NCBI GenBank assembly: GCA_034190395.1
Contig: JAXINS010000021.1
Span: 51,230-115,229, forward strand
DNA from: Candidatus Chewarchaeum aethiopicum
GTDB lineage: Archaea; Halobacteriota; Halobacteria; Halobacteriales; Hikarchaeaceae
DNA length: 64,000 bases
Reading direction: 5' to 3'
The notes beneath the pieces were generated by a model. That model worked only from the letters and a program-made list of their open reading frames with translations. It made no database searches and had not been told where the DNA came from. Of the stretch, positions 19,552-30,195 are shown in pieces. The position numbers and the translations under genes are program-made. Numbering within the stretch: the stretch's first letter is position 1; the number at the start of each line of letters is the position of its first letter.

Positions 19552-20928
19552 TTACCGTTTGCGCACTCGCATCTCGATATCTGATGCCGGTCTGAGGGTC
19601 GCCGCCATCCGTACCGATGGTTCCGGATCGCTACACAACTCGAAATCCACCCGCTGTGCCATCGTCGCGATCATCGTCTTTAGCTCCATCATCGCAAACC
19701 GCATCCCGATGCAGTGACGCGGGCCGCCACCGAAGGGGAAATACGCGTACTCCGGCCGATCAGCCGTCCGATCGTCGGTCCATCGTTCCGGACGGAACGC
19801 GTCGGGGATGTCGTAGAATCGATCGTCCATGTGGACGTGAAACTGGGGGAGTGTGACTTTGGTGCCTGCCGGGATCCGATACCCCCCGATCCGGATGTCC
19901 TCAGCCGCCTCCCGGAAGATCACGTACGCCGGTGGATACAGCCGCAGGGACTCTTTGATCACCTGTTCGGTGTACTCCAGGGCGGGGAGGTCTACCATCG
20001 TCGGATCATCGTCCCCGAGCACGCGATCGAGTTCCTCTCGGAGTTTCTGTTGTTTCCCAGGGTGGATACTGAGAAGCAACCACGTATACGCCAGCGCAAG
20101 CGCCGTCGTTTCGTGGCCCGCAAAGAGGAACGTGATCAACTGATCCCTGATCTCGCGTTCGGTGAGGGTTGTACCGTTGTCTTCGGCGGTGATGAGGATG
20201 CTCAGAAGGTCATCCGCGTTTCCCCCGGTTTCGCGTCGGGTCGCGATGAGTTCTTCGAGCATCGCCTCGAGGTCGGATTTGGCCGCTTTGTATCGACGAT
20301 TCGCCGGCGTTGGCACCCAATCGGGCAGAAAGGCGGACGGCTGACGGGTCGAGCCGCGTCGATTCAACGCGGCAGTGAACGACTGAATGACATCACCTCG
20401 GCGCCCGTCGTCAATATCGATGTTGAACAGCGAGTCCGTCAGAATACGGAGCGTCAGCTCCCGGGCGGCCTCGTTCAACGCGATCCGTTCGCCCTCATTC
20501 CAGCTCCCGACTTGCTGTCGGGTGTACTCGACGGCGGCGCTACCATACGACTGGATGCGATCGACGGTAAACGCCTCCTGGAGTAGCGTCCGTTGGCGTT
20601 CCCACTGCTCGCCATCAGTCAAAAAGAGGCCTTCCGAGGCGAATTCGACGCCGACCTCCTCGAATTGCCACTTGCGGAATTTCTCGTGGTCGTGGAGCAA
20701 CACCCGTTCGATGTAATCGGGATGGAGTAACGTACAAAACTGATTGCCGGCGACCTGATACCGGACGACATCACCGTATTCGGCGAGCGTCGCATAGAAG
20801 CTACGCGGATCCCACATGAGCTGGTGGGTGTTCCCGACCACCGGCAGCCCACGGGGGCCTGGTGGTAGTTCAGGGGTGTCAACGGGGGACCGATCGCCGG
20901 GTTGATCGGGTTTGGAGGGCTCGCTCAT
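19552..20928 (-). CDS. cytochrome P450
   Basis: Heme-binding loop FPFGGGPRHCIGMRFA, I-helix FAGHETTA, and ExxR (ESLRLYPP). Confidence 0.95.
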   Translation of the reverse strand: MSEPSKPDQPGDRSPVDTPELPPGPRGLPVVGNTHQLMWDPRSFYATLAEYGDVVRYQVAGNQFCTLLHPDYIERVLLHDHEKFRKWQFEEVGVEFASEGLFLTDGEQWERQRTLLQEAFTVDRIQSYGSAAVEYTRQQVGSWNEGERIALNEAARELTLRILTDSLFNIDIDDGRRGDVIQSFTAALNRRGSTRQPSAFLPDWVPTPANRRYKAAKSDLEAMLEELIATRRETGGNADDLLSILITAEDNGTTLTEREIRDQLITFLFAGHETTALALAYTWLLLSIHPGKQQKLREELDRVLGDDDPTMVDLPALEYTEQVIKESLRLYPPAYVIFREAAEDIRIGGYRIPAGTKVTLPQFHVHMDDRFYDIPDAFRPERWTDDRTADRPEYAYFPFGGGPRHCIGMRFAMMELKTMIATMAQRVDFELCSDPEPSVRMAATLRPASDIEMRVRKR

Positions 20929-20982
20929 GTCGTACTCTTGTAGTCGTTATTCGAAGACGGTTCTGTCGATCCACCTAGCTTC

Positions 20983-20993
20983 TTTATATATTA
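20983..20993 (+). promoter_or_regulatory. TATA box for the Bat-type regulator (leaderless geometry)
   Basis: TTTATATATTA is centred ~22-27 nt upstream of the ATG at 21010, in the 81-nt divergent gap shared with the P450 gene. Confidence 0.45.
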
Positions 20994-21009
20994 CGCGCTT
21001 TGCTGGAGT

Positions 21010-21693
21010 ATGAAATACCTCGATCTCAGTGTAAATCTCCCGCCCCATCTTCGTCACCCGATGGAGGAGTTTCTTCGGTCGACCGATGCTATCGATCGCG
21101 AGGAATTGCTGGCATGGAATCTAACACCGACGACCGTCGAGTATGCGCTCTTTTATGTCGAAGGGGAACTCGAGGCATACCGCTCCCGCATAGCGGCCGT
21201 CGAGTCGATCCGCTCGTTCACTCTGAGGGCGATCGATGCCCGGAGTTTCTATTCGTATGTCTGTCAGGAGACTCGCGAGGAGGACGAACGCTGGCGGGAG
21301 GCGTTCGCTCGTCGGAATCTGGTCGTCGTTCCACCGATCGTCTACGATGGGACGGGCATGCATCTAACTATCGTCGGTGAAGGGGCGGATCTGCGGAGCA
21401 TGCTCGAGGCATTGCCCGAGTCGATCGACACCGAGATCGATGGGATCGGTGACTACGACCGTCGCCACGGAACGATCGCCGGTCATCTGACCGACCGCCA
21501 GCTGCAAGCGGTCGCGACGGCCGTCGCGCTCGGATACTACGACGTCCCCCGAACGGCGTCACTCGCCGATGTCGCCGATGTCCTCGATTGTGCGGAAAGT
21601 ACTGCTTCTAACCATCTCCGCAAGGCAACGGCCGATGTCATGACACGGCTGGTCGACCGGTACGCGCCGGTTGCCTACTCGCCGAACCGATAA
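21010..21693 (+). CDS. HTH_10 (bacterio-opsin activator-type) transcription regulator
   Basis: The C-terminal LTDRQLQAVATAVALGYYDVPRTASLADVADVLDCAESTASNHLRKA is the canonical Bat HTH. Confidence 0.85.
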   Translation: MKYLDLSVNLPPHLRHPMEEFLRSTDAIDREELLAWNLTPTTVEYALFYVEGELEAYRSRIAAVESIRSFTLRAIDARSFYSYVCQETREEDERWREAFARRNLVVVPPIVYDGTGMHLTIVGEGADLRSMLEALPESIDTEIDGIGDYDRRHGTIAGHLTDRQLQAVATAVALGYYDVPRTASLADVADVLDCAESTASNHLRKATADVMTRLVDRYAPVAYSPNR

Positions 21694-21725
21694 AATGAGG
21701 TGGGTGCTGTCGGATAGTTGCGGGC

Positions 21726-23549
21726 ATGTTTGATAAGGTGCTCGCCGCCAACCGGGGGGAAATCGCCGTCCGGGTGATGCGGGCGGCTAACGAACTCGGG
21801 GCCGAGACCGTCGCCATCTACTCCGATGCCGATAAACACGCCGGGCATGTCCAGTACGCCGACGAGGCGTACAACGTCGGGCCGGCCCGGGCGGCCGATT
21901 CCTATCTCGACCAATCGGCGATCATCGAGGCTGCCGAACGTGCTGGTGCCGATGCGATCCATCCCGGCTACGGCTTTCTCGCCGAAAACGCCGACTTCGC
22001 GGCCGCCGTCGAGGCGAGCGACGCCACCTGGGTCGGGCCGTCGAGCGAGGCAATGGAACAGCTCGGCGAGAAGACGAAGGCACGCTCGGCGATGCAGGCG
22101 GCTGACGTCCCCGTCGTTCCGGGTACCGTCGAGCCTGTTGAGTCCGCCGATCGTGTCGCTACACTCGGTGAGGAGTATGGCTATCCGATCGCGATCAAAG
22201 CCGAGGGTGGCGGCGGTGGCCGCGGCCTGAAGGTCGTCCGCGGACCGGATGACGTCGAGGAGGCCTTCGAAAGCGCCCAACGGGAAGGGGAAGCGTACTT
22301 CGATAATTCGAACGTCTACGTCGAGAAGTTCCTCGCCGATCCAAAACACATCGAGGTCCAGATCCTCGCGGACGAACACGACAACGTCCGGCATCTCGGC
22401 GAACGTGACTGCTCGCTCCAGCGACGCCACCAGAAGGTCATCGAGGAGGCCCCAAGCCCGGCACTCGATCCCGACCTGCGCGAGGAGATCGGGAATGCAG
22501 CCCGTCGGGGTGCCCGTGAGGCGGGATATACCAACGCCGGTACCTTCGAGTTCCTGCTCGAAGACGGGGAGTTCTATTTCATGGAGGTCAACACCCGGAT
22601 CCAGGTCGAACACACCGTCTCGGAGGTCGTCACTGGCATCGATATCGTCAAATGGCAACTCCGGGTTGCCGCCGGCGAAGAGATCACGTTCCCCCAAGAC
22701 GCCGTCGAAATCGATGGTCACGCCATGGAATTCCGGATCAACGCCGAGAATCCGGCCGAGGAGTTCGCCCCGACACCGGGACCGCTCGCGACGTATGCGC
22801 CTCCAGGGGGGATCGGCGTCCGGATCGACGATGCGATCCACGAGGGCGATGAGATCGGCGGCGACTACGACTCGATGATCGCTAAACTCATCGTCGGCGC
22901 CGAGGACCGCCAGGAGTGTCTGGCGCGCTCGGGCCGGGCGCTCAAGGAGTTCGATGTCGAGGGGGTTCATACCACGATCCCGTTTCACCGGTTGATGCTC
23001 AACGACGAGACGTTCGTCGCCGGCGAACACACGACCAAGTATCTCGACGAGCAACTGGACCCGACGGCGATCGACGATGCGGTCGAACAGTGGGGGCCCG
23101 ACATCGTCGAGACCACGGCCGAGGGGACGGTCGCCGAACGGGAGTTTACCGTCGAAGTCAACGGCAAACGGTTCGATGTCGTCCTCGAGGAGGCGATCCC
23201 CGGCGACATCGATGGCCCCGCAAACGAGCCGGCGGATCGATCCGGTGGCGGATCCGGTCGGGCTGCATCGACCGATGCATCCGGGGGAAGTGACACTGAC
23301 ACCGACGACGATGGGGACGCCGTGGCGGAGGGTGACGGCGAGGTCGTAACCGCGGAAATGCAGGGGACTATCCTCGACGTCGCCGTTGCACAGGGTGATA
23401 CCGTCGATGCGGGCGATGTCCTCTGTGTCCTCGAGGCGATGAAAATGGAAAACGACGTCGTCGCCTCCCGGGCGGGGACGGTCTCGGCCGTCAACATCGA
23501 GGAAGGCCAGAGCGTCGATATGGGCGACACCCTCGTGGTGATCGAGTGA
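21726..23549 (+). CDS. pccA: biotin carboxylase fused to biotin carboxyl carrier domain (propionyl/acetyl-CoA carboxylase alpha)
   Basis: [20 protein letters not shown].. N-terminus, ATP-grasp [14 protein letters not shown], an acidic linker, and the C-terminal biotinylation motif EAMKMEN. Confidence 0.9.
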   Translation: MFDKVLAANRGEIAVRVMRAANELGAETVAIYSDADKHAGHVQYADEAYNVGPARAADSYLDQSAIIEAAERAGADAIHPGYGFLAENADFAAAVEASDATWVGPSSEAMEQLGEKTKARSAMQAADVPVVPGTVEPVESADRVATLGEEYGYPIAIKAEGGGGGRGLKVVRGPDDVEEAFESAQREGEAYFDNSNVYVEKFLADPKHIEVQILADEHDNVRHLGERDCSLQRRHQKVIEEAPSPALDPDLREEIGNAARRGAREAGYTNAGTFEFLLEDGEFYFMEVNTRIQVEHTVSEVVTGIDIVKWQLRVAAGEEITFPQDAVEIDGHAMEFRINAENPAEEFAPTPGPLATYAPPGGIGVRIDDAIHEGDEIGGDYDSMIAKLIVGAEDRQECLARSGRALKEFDVEGVHTTIPFHRLMLNDETFVAGEHTTKYLDEQLDPTAIDDAVEQWGPDIVETTAEGTVAEREFTVEVNGKRFDVVLEEAIPGDIDGPANEPADRSGGGSGRAASTDASGGSDTDTDDDGDAVAEGDGEVVTAEMQGTILDVAVAQGDTVDAGDVLCVLEAMKMENDVVASRAGTVSAVNIEEGQSVDMGDTLVVIE

Positions 23550-23589
23550 CGCTCACGACGCCTGCTCGGATAGGTGGGTTTCTCACTCG

Positions 23590-24525
23590 ATGAGTTCGAT
23601 CTCATCCGCCGCTTTGCTTCGGGCACTCACTGCGGGCGACGAACCCGTCGCCGTCGAGACCCTCGCTGACCGGCTATCGAGTACCGTCGGGGCAGTGGAG
23701 GACGCGATCGGTGTGCTTGAAGCGAGCGGATTCGACGTGGATCGAACCGGCGCGGGCATTCGGATCGATACTGTTCCTGCGTACGGGCTCGGCGTCCAAT
23801 ACGGGCTTGCAGCCCCGTTTTCGATCGAGTATCACGACCGCCTCGCCAGCACTAACGATCGGGCACGGGAACTGGCTCGAACCACGGCCGGGGAGTGGGC
23901 GGTGCTTGCCGATCGACAGACCGGTGGCCGTGGTCGGCGTGATCGCCGATGGACCTCGCCGACCGGCGGGATCTGGTGTTCCGTCCTGCTCCGGCCCACC
24001 CTCTCATCGGACCGTGCATCGCTGTTGACCCTGGCGGCGGCCGTCGCCGTTACCGACGCGGTCCGTGAGGCCGGCGTCCAGGCCGCTATCAAATGGCCAA
24101 ACGACGTACTGGCACCCGATGGCGGGAAACTCGCCGGCATTCTCCTCGAGACGGCATCGAGCGGCGCGTCGGTTTCGTGGGCGATCATCGGCCTTGGACT
24201 CAACGCCGCCGTCGATCCAGCGGCACTGCCGGCCGATGCAACCAGCCTTCAAGCGTGGACCGACGCGGTCGATCGACGGTCGCTGACACAATCGATTCTG
24301 GAGGGTCTCGACGATCTCCGGCATCGGCTTGATACGGTCCCCGATGCTTGGCGCGACCGGTCGACCACGCTTGATCGGCGCGTTCGGATCGATGTCGATG
24401 CCGACACAGGATCGGTCATCGGGAGGGCAGTCGATATCGATGCGACCGGCGCGTTACTCCTCGAGACCGACCAGGGTCGCCGAAGAATCACGGTCGGCGA
24501 CTGTGAACATCTCCGTCCCGTTTAG
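23590..24525 (+). CDS. birA: biotin-protein ligase with N-terminal HTH (BirA)
   Basis: N-terminal wHTH-like region, signature QTGGRGRRDRRWTSP, and ..IKWPNDVL... Confidence 0.85.
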   Translation: MSSISSAALLRALTAGDEPVAVETLADRLSSTVGAVEDAIGVLEASGFDVDRTGAGIRIDTVPAYGLGVQYGLAAPFSIEYHDRLASTNDRARELARTTAGEWAVLADRQTGGRGRRDRRWTSPTGGIWCSVLLRPTLSSDRASLLTLAAAVAVTDAVREAGVQAAIKWPNDVLAPDGGKLAGILLETASSGASVSWAIIGLGLNAAVDPAALPADATSLQAWTDAVDRRSLTQSILEGLDDLRHRLDTVPDAWRDRSTTLDRRVRIDVDADTGSVIGRAVDIDATGALLLETDQGRRRITVGDCEHLRPV

Positions 24526-24546
24526 CGGCGTATCGCCGTTCGCTGG

Positions 24547-25023
24547 TCAATCGGCCGACGACTCCTCGGGCTCTTGGAACTCCTCGCTGGGTTCGCCGAC
24601 CCGTACCGTCAGCACAGGCACCGTCGATCCCCGAACGACGCGTTCGGCGACACTCCCCAGCAATAGGCGATCGATCCCGCCCCGTCCGTGGGTACCCATC
24701 ACGATCAGGTCACACTCCTCCCGTTCGGCGTACCGGACGATCTCCTTGCTCGGCGATCCTTCCAGCAGCGTCGTTTCGACGCTCACGCCCGCTTCGGCGG
24801 CGATCTCTTCGACGGTATCGAGCGCGGCGATCCCATCTTCCTCGAGCATTTCGTTGACGCCCTCCCAGGACGTTTCCATCGGGAGACTTGCATAACTCGC
24901 CGAATTCACGACGAAGACGCCACGAATCGTCGCCCCGTGGGCCACGGCCAGCTCAACGGCGTGGTCGATAACGGGACGCATTCCGGACGACCCATCGGTC
25001 GGGACGAGAATCCGGTCGTACAT
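24547..25023 (-). CDS. universal stress protein
   Basis: MYDRILVPTDGS.. N-terminus and the C-terminal ATP-binding motif GTHGRGGIDRLLLGSVAERVV. Confidence 0.9.
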   Translation of the reverse strand: MYDRILVPTDGSSGMRPVIDHAVELAVAHGATIRGVFVVNSASYASLPMETSWEGVNEMLEEDGIAALDTVEEIAAEAGVSVETTLLEGSPSKEIVRYAEREECDLIVMGTHGRGGIDRLLLGSVAERVVRGSTVPVLTVRVGEPSEEFQEPEESSAD

Positions 25024-25160
25024 CCGGCTGTTACTTTCGTGTGTGTTCGCTTAACTCTTTGTAGGATGTTAGCGTGGTGCGTACTCGTAAACGCGTCCCC
25101 GGTACGTCGGTGTGTCCTGTCGCTGGGCGCTGTTCGTCGACTAGCGGATCCGTCGACCGG

Positions 25161-26183
25161 TTAGCCGTATGGATAATGCACCCGCTTGACATCACCATGG
25201 CCGGCCCGACGAACGACCGCCCGTACCGGGTTCTGTGCCCCCACCAGATTGTCCGAATCACCATCGAGAACGAGTACCGCCGCATCACGGCCTTCCTCGA
25301 TCAACCCACAGTTCAAGCCGGCCAGCTCGGCGCCGTTGTAGGTTGCCATCCGGAGGACGGTCTTTGCGGATACGTCCGAGAGTTTGGCCGCGAACTCCAT
25401 CTCCCGGAACATCGATGGGCTGTTGAGCATCACGTTGTCGGTCCCGAGCGCGACCCGGGTCCGTTCACAGAGCTCGGCGATGGGCGGGACGCCCGAATCG
25501 GTGACGAGATTTGACCGCGGACAAACCACGACGGGGGTCTCCCGATCGGCCAATCGATCGAGATGGATCGGTTCCGGATGTACCATGTGGACCAGAAAAT
25601 CCGGCTCGAGGTCGAACGCACCGTTAATATCGCCGCTGTCGCGTTCGCCCGCGTGGATTCCAAAGAGTTTGCCCGCCTCCCGGGTGGCATGTCGTTTCTG
25701 GCTGTACTCGCCGTCCCGGGCGCTGCTCGCCCCGAAGCCGTCAGCGAGCTCCATGGCGGCTGGCGTCTCACGGCCGAGGATGATCGGCGTGATCGCTTGG
25801 CCGTCGGCGGCTTCCCGGAGCATCTCGACACCTTCGACGCCACCTTCCCGGAAATCAAGGAAGGCGACGGTCCCGGTACTATGCATAAACTGGAGGGACC
25901 GTTTGATCGCCGCCACGGTCTCGTCGTAGCTGGCATCGGCCAACAGCCGGTGTTTCAGCCCGTCTGGCGGTGCAACTAGCTCCGTCAGCGAGAGACCGGC
26001 GCCGGCTTCCTTGGCGATCGAGTCGCCGATGTGGGTGTGGGCATTGACGAACGCCGGGAGCACGATGTCATCGGTCGGGACGGCCCGTTCCTCGATCGTG
26101 TCGATCGTCCCGTCCTCGATAATGACTCGGCCCTCGATGGGTTCGAATTCCCGACCGACGAGCACCGTTCCCTCAACGATCAT
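25161..26183 (-). CDS. amidohydrolase-family protein (chlorohydrolase/deaminase-like)
   Basis: Metal-binding LPAFVNAHTHIGD, with later HAGE and ..LGTDN.. motifs. Confidence 0.8.
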   Translation of the reverse strand: MIVEGTVLVGREFEPIEGRVIIEDGTIDTIEERAVPTDDIVLPAFVNAHTHIGDSIAKEAGAGLSLTELVAPPDGLKHRLLADASYDETVAAIKRSLQFMHSTGTVAFLDFREGGVEGVEMLREAADGQAITPIILGRETPAAMELADGFGASSARDGEYSQKRHATREAGKLFGIHAGERDSGDINGAFDLEPDFLVHMVHPEPIHLDRLADRETPVVVCPRSNLVTDSGVPPIAELCERTRVALGTDNVMLNSPSMFREMEFAAKLSDVSAKTVLRMATYNGAELAGLNCGLIEEGRDAAVLVLDGDSDNLVGAQNPVRAVVRRAGHGDVKRVHYPYG

Positions 26184-26213
26184 GGTGGCGCTCCGACCGA
26201 GTGCGTGTTAAGA

Positions 26214-27443
26214 TCATCCGTTTTGATTGAACTCCGAGAGGGGGACGTATCGCCCCCGACGTTCACTGATCAGCCGGCCATCGGTTTCGAGTCCCAATTC
26301 CCGTTCGGCGGCGTGGCCGACCGCCTCAACATGGGACGGCGGCGTGTAGACGCCGAACCGCCACTGTTCGCGTTGGGCGGCCCGGAGGGCCTCGACGAGG
26401 GTCGATTGGTCGCCGAGGCGGCGGATCTCCCCGCCGACGATCACACGCGTCGTCGATTCGGCCATCTCTTCGAGGGGCCTGGCGTCGATGATGACGTTCG
26501 GCTCGGGAATGCCGACGGCGTCGGCGATGGCCCGTTCCCAATCCCGGATCGTGTCGTGATCGGCCGTTCTGACGGCCTCGGGGACGTGGTCGTATTCCGC
26601 CCAGACGGCCCGTTTGTAGAGGTCCCGGTACGCGATCCGGTCGGCGAACGTCCGTGTCGAGGGGTTTTCCCGCAAGGCTGCGTGGAGGTCGTGATCGTCC
26701 ATCCGCCGGAGTGACTCGGCGGTGATGTCGGTATCGGTGAGCAACTGTTCGGTCGCCCGCCGAAGCATCGACTTGCTGATCCGGGCGGCATGGTGGTTGT
26801 AGACGGTCGGATTCATGAGCGCCCGGGCGACCAGGAGGCTTTCTGCCGACTGGACGTTCCCCTCAGCGAGGACCAGTTGATCGTCCAGGAAGGTCAGCTC
26901 CCGGACCAGTCGACCGTGATCGATTGTGCCATACGGGACGCCCGTGTGGTGGGCATCACGTACCAGATAATCCATCCGGTCGACGTCGAGTTCGCTCGAT
27001 ATTAACTGCCCGTACCGACCTTCACCGGCGATCAGGCTGGCGATACGGTCGGGATCGAGGTCGTGGTCGGCAAGCACCGACGCGAGTGCATCCGTCTCGA
27101 GGAGGTCCCTGATATCCTCGTGTCGTTTGTCGGTTCGTCGTTCGATCAATGCCTCGATGTTATGGCTATACGGGCTATGGCCGATATCGTGGAGGATCGC
27201 GGCGGCCCGGACATGGTCGGCGGCAGCGCCTTCGACGCCCAGATATTCCAAGGCCTGTTCGGCGAGGTGATAGACGCCCAGACTGTGTTCGAACCGGGTG
27301 TGGTTGGCCGACGGGTAGACCAGCTCCGCGGTTCCGAGCTGTTTGATGTGGCGGAGCCGTTGGACGGCCGGGGTCTCGAGCAAGTCGAGTGCCGCACCGT
27401 CGATTTCGATGTGATCGTGGACGCTGTCCTTGATCGTCTTCAT
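26214..27443 (-). CDS. HD-domain phosphohydrolase (dNTP triphosphohydrolase/SAMHD1-like)
   Basis: ..TRFEHSLGVYHL.., ..AAILHDIGHSPYSH.., ..DVDRMDYLVRD... Confidence 0.8.
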   Translation of the reverse strand: MKTIKDSVHDHIEIDGAALDLLETPAVQRLRHIKQLGTAELVYPSANHTRFEHSLGVYHLAEQALEYLGVEGAAADHVRAAAILHDIGHSPYSHNIEALIERRTDKRHEDIRDLLETDALASVLADHDLDPDRIASLIAGEGRYGQLISSELDVDRMDYLVRDAHHTGVPYGTIDHGRLVRELTFLDDQLVLAEGNVQSAESLLVARALMNPTVYNHHAARISKSMLRRATEQLLTDTDITAESLRRMDDHDLHAALRENPSTRTFADRIAYRDLYKRAVWAEYDHVPEAVRTADHDTIRDWERAIADAVGIPEPNVIIDARPLEEMAESTTRVIVGGEIRRLGDQSTLVEALRAAQREQWRFGVYTPPSHVEAVGHAAERELGLETDGRLISERRGRYVPLSEFNQNG

Positions 27444-27564
27444 GTCGGGCGGTTGTTTGCGTCTTTGTGCCGTGACGTATTAATCTTGAGCGGCCAGCGA
27501 GCGGCGCGTGATTCGGCCGGGAAGCCAAAACCCTATTGCATCCCCGGTCTACCGATCCGTCGCT

Positions 27565-28548
27565 ATGGTGACGTTGCTCTCGGGGGGCACCGGGACTCCG
27601 AAACTGCTGGCCGGGATCGATGATTGGAGCGATGTCACCGTCATCGGTAACACCGGCGACGACGTCGAGATCGCCGGCCATCTCGTCTGTCCGGATCTCG
27701 ATACGGTCCTGTTTCTCGCCGCCGGAATCCTCGATCGGGATACCTGGTGGGGAATCGACGACGACACCACGACGACCCACGACCGGCTGCGTGAGTTGAC
27801 CGCCGCTGCCGGCTTGGAGGTAGGACCGCGCTATCTCGACGCGGCGGCCCAGACGGCCGGCCGACGGCTCGCCACCTGGCGGCGGTTTTCGGGAGTCGGC
27901 GAGTTTATGACGATCGGCGATCACGATCGGGCGGTTCATCTACTGCGGACCGGCCTGCTCGATGAAGGGTTGACGCTGACCGAGACAACCCGTCGGTTGA
28001 CCGACGCGTACGATGTCGAACTCGAGTTGCTCCCGATGAGCGACGACCCCGTCGCGAGCATCATCCACACGCCGACGGGTGAGATCCATTTTCAGGAGTT
28101 CTGGGTCGCCGAACGTGGGGAGCCGACGGTCGAGGATGTCGAATTCCGTGGGGCGACGGACGCCGAACCGACCGGGGCGGTCATGGATGCGCTGGCCGAG
28201 CCGGTGGTGATCGGTCCGTCGAATCCGGTCACAAGCATCGGTCCGATGCTGGCGCTTGACCCGTTTCGGGCTGCCCTCGATCGAACCCCGGTGGTCGCGG
28301 TGTCGCCGTTCGTCGAGGATGAGGTCTTCTCCGGGCCGGCCGCCAAGCTGATGGCCGCCGTGGGATATGACCCGAGCACGCGTGGTGTCGCCGAGGCCTT
28401 CCCGTTCGCCGACGCGTTCGTTCTCGATACCGAGGATGGAACCGACCTCGATCGCCCGACGGTCCGAACCGATACCACGATGGCTGACCCGACGGACGCA
28501 GAGCGTGTCTACGCGGCCGTCGAAGACGCCCTAGCGGAGGTGCAGTGA
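27565..28548 (+). CDS. cofD: 2-phospho-L-lactate transferase (F420 biosynthesis)
   Basis: [18 protein letters not shown].. (20th codon of the track ORF), and ..[14 protein letters not shown]... Confidence 0.85.
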   Translation: MVTLLSGGTGTPKLLAGIDDWSDVTVIGNTGDDVEIAGHLVCPDLDTVLFLAAGILDRDTWWGIDDDTTTTHDRLRELTAAAGLEVGPRYLDAAAQTAGRRLATWRRFSGVGEFMTIGDHDRAVHLLRTGLLDEGLTLTETTRRLTDAYDVELELLPMSDDPVASIIHTPTGEIHFQEFWVAERGEPTVEDVEFRGATDAEPTGAVMDALAEPVVIGPSNPVTSIGPMLALDPFRAALDRTPVVAVSPFVEDEVFSGPAAKLMAAVGYDPSTRGVAEAFPFADAFVLDTEDGTDLDRPTVRTDTTMADPTDAERVYAAVEDALAEVQ

Positions 28549-29297
28549 TGTTCGATCCGCCCGTCGCGATCGCGAGTTTGAGCGGCCAGTCGGATGCCCA
28601 ATGGGCGCTGGCGGTCGAGGAGTACATCGGGGCGGCGGTTCTCGGCGGGCTCGCGATAGACGATCGGAGCCGTGAGGCCGCCCGAGCGATGGTTGAACGG
28701 GGCCGCGATGAATTTCTCCCATCCGACCCGATCGCGTTCATGGACGCCCAACTCTCGGCCTTGGACTCGGCGTCGATCCAGCCGGGATTCAACGTTCGAT
28801 CCACGACCCTTGAGCCGATCCGCCGGGCGGCGGCGTGTTGTGCCCGCCACGACGCGATCATCGAGATCAACGCCCATTGCCGCCAAGAGGAACTCTGTGC
28901 CGTCGGTTGTGGGGAGACGCTGTTGGCCGACACCGACCGCCTCTGTGACAGCGTCGGGGCCGCTGTGACGGCAGAGGCGCCGGTCAGCGTGAAAGTCAGG
29001 ACGGAGGTTCCCGGCGTCGACCTCGCCGAGACCGCCCGCCGCGTTGCGGCCGCTGGCGCGGACATGATTCACGTCGATGCGATGGACTCAGAGCCGATGG
29101 TCGCGACCGTCGTTGAGGCGGCCCCGGAGCTCACCGTGATTGCCAACAACGGCGTTCGCGATGCCCACAGCGTCCGTGAGTATCTCGACTACGGGGCCGA
29201 TGCAGTCAGCGTCGGCCGACCGAGCGACGATCCGCGGGTACTGCGGCGAGTCCGGCGGGCAGCCGTCGATTGGTTTGCCCCCGAATCTAAGGTCTAA
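28548..29297 (+). CDS. Dus/DHOD-like TIM-barrel flavoprotein-family protein
   Basis: The start overlaps the cofD stop (GTGATG; the track uses the GTG at 28545). The pattern ..IEINAHCRQEE.. / ..VSVKVR.. / ..GADMIHVDAM.. / ..IANNGV.. / ..GADAVSVGR.. resembles dihydrouridine-synthase/dihydroorotate-dehydrogenase-type barrels. The function is not established. Confidence 0.55.
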   Translation: MFDPPVAIASLSGQSDAQWALAVEEYIGAAVLGGLAIDDRSREAARAMVERGRDEFLPSDPIAFMDAQLSALDSASIQPGFNVRSTTLEPIRRAAACCARHDAIIEINAHCRQEELCAVGCGETLLADTDRLCDSVGAAVTAEAPVSVKVRTEVPGVDLAETARRVAAAGADMIHVDAMDSEPMVATVVEAAPELTVIANNGVRDAHSVREYLDYGADAVSVGRPSDDPRVLRRVRRAAVDWFAPESKV

Positions 29298-29349
29298 TAG
29301 CGGCTGTGCTTTCCGACCATTCTTACCACGCGCTCGCCAACGATGACCT

Positions 29350-30195
29350 ATGCGATCCCCGGCACAACGGGCCGTCCTCGCGATGTTGCTCGAGGTCGCG
29401 GGCACGCCCAAACCCGGGAACGTCGACCGACAGCGGGAGTATCCGGATCTCCGTTTCGAGCACTTCTTGGCCGGCGCGATCGGGGCTCTTCCCGGATTAC
29501 GGGCCGCTGTCGAGGGGCGGTCGATCGGAGCCGCCTTCGAGACCGCCGTCGCTGGTATGAGCGACCAGGAGGGGGGCAACACGCAGTTCGGAACGCTGCT
29601 GTTGCTCGTCCCGCTGGTGGCTGTGGCAGCGGACGACTCATCGTCGCTTGCCCCCCAGGCCGTAACCGATCACATCGAGGCGACGACGGTTGAGGACGCG
29701 GCGGCGTTCTATCGGGCACTCGAACACGTCTCGGTAGCCGCTGGCGACCCACCGGCCGATGCCGCGGCGATCGACGTCCGTCGGGGTGCCGACGCGATCC
29801 CGGCCGTCCGTGATCGTGAGCTGTCGTTGTACGATGTGATGGCGCTTGGAAGCGATCAGGATGGCGTCGCTGCCGAGTGGACCTCCGGCTTCGATCGATC
29901 GTTCGCCGGCGCGGCCCGGCTCGGGGATCTCGACGGCGGTGTGCTCGATCGAACCGCCGATCTCTTCATCGAGCTTTTGGCCGCTCAGCCGGATACCCAC
30001 GTCCGCAATCAACACGGTGGGACCGTGGCGAACGAGATCTGTGAGCGAGCCGGGGACCTGATCGACGCCGATCCGGCGGCGATCGATCAGTTTGCGACGG
30101 AACTGATCGACCGGGAGATCAACCCGGGAACCACCGCCGACATCACGGCCGGAGCGTTGTTTATCGCACTCCATCGGGGGGTGATTACGGTATGA
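29350..30195 (+). CDS. triphosphoribosyl-dephospho-CoA synthase-like protein (CitG/MdcB family)
   Basis: ..AMLLEVAGTPKPGNVDR.. and ..EINPGTTADITAGALFIAL.. are typical CitG-family blocks. Confidence 0.7.
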   Translation: MRSPAQRAVLAMLLEVAGTPKPGNVDRQREYPDLRFEHFLAGAIGALPGLRAAVEGRSIGAAFETAVAGMSDQEGGNTQFGTLLLLVPLVAVAADDSSSLAPQAVTDHIEATTVEDAAAFYRALEHVSVAAGDPPADAAAIDVRRGADAIPAVRDRELSLYDVMALGSDQDGVAAEWTSGFDRSFAGAARLGDLDGGVLDRTADLFIELLAAQPDTHVRNQHGGTVANEICERAGDLIDADPAAIDQFATELIDREINPGTTADITAGALFIALHRGVITV

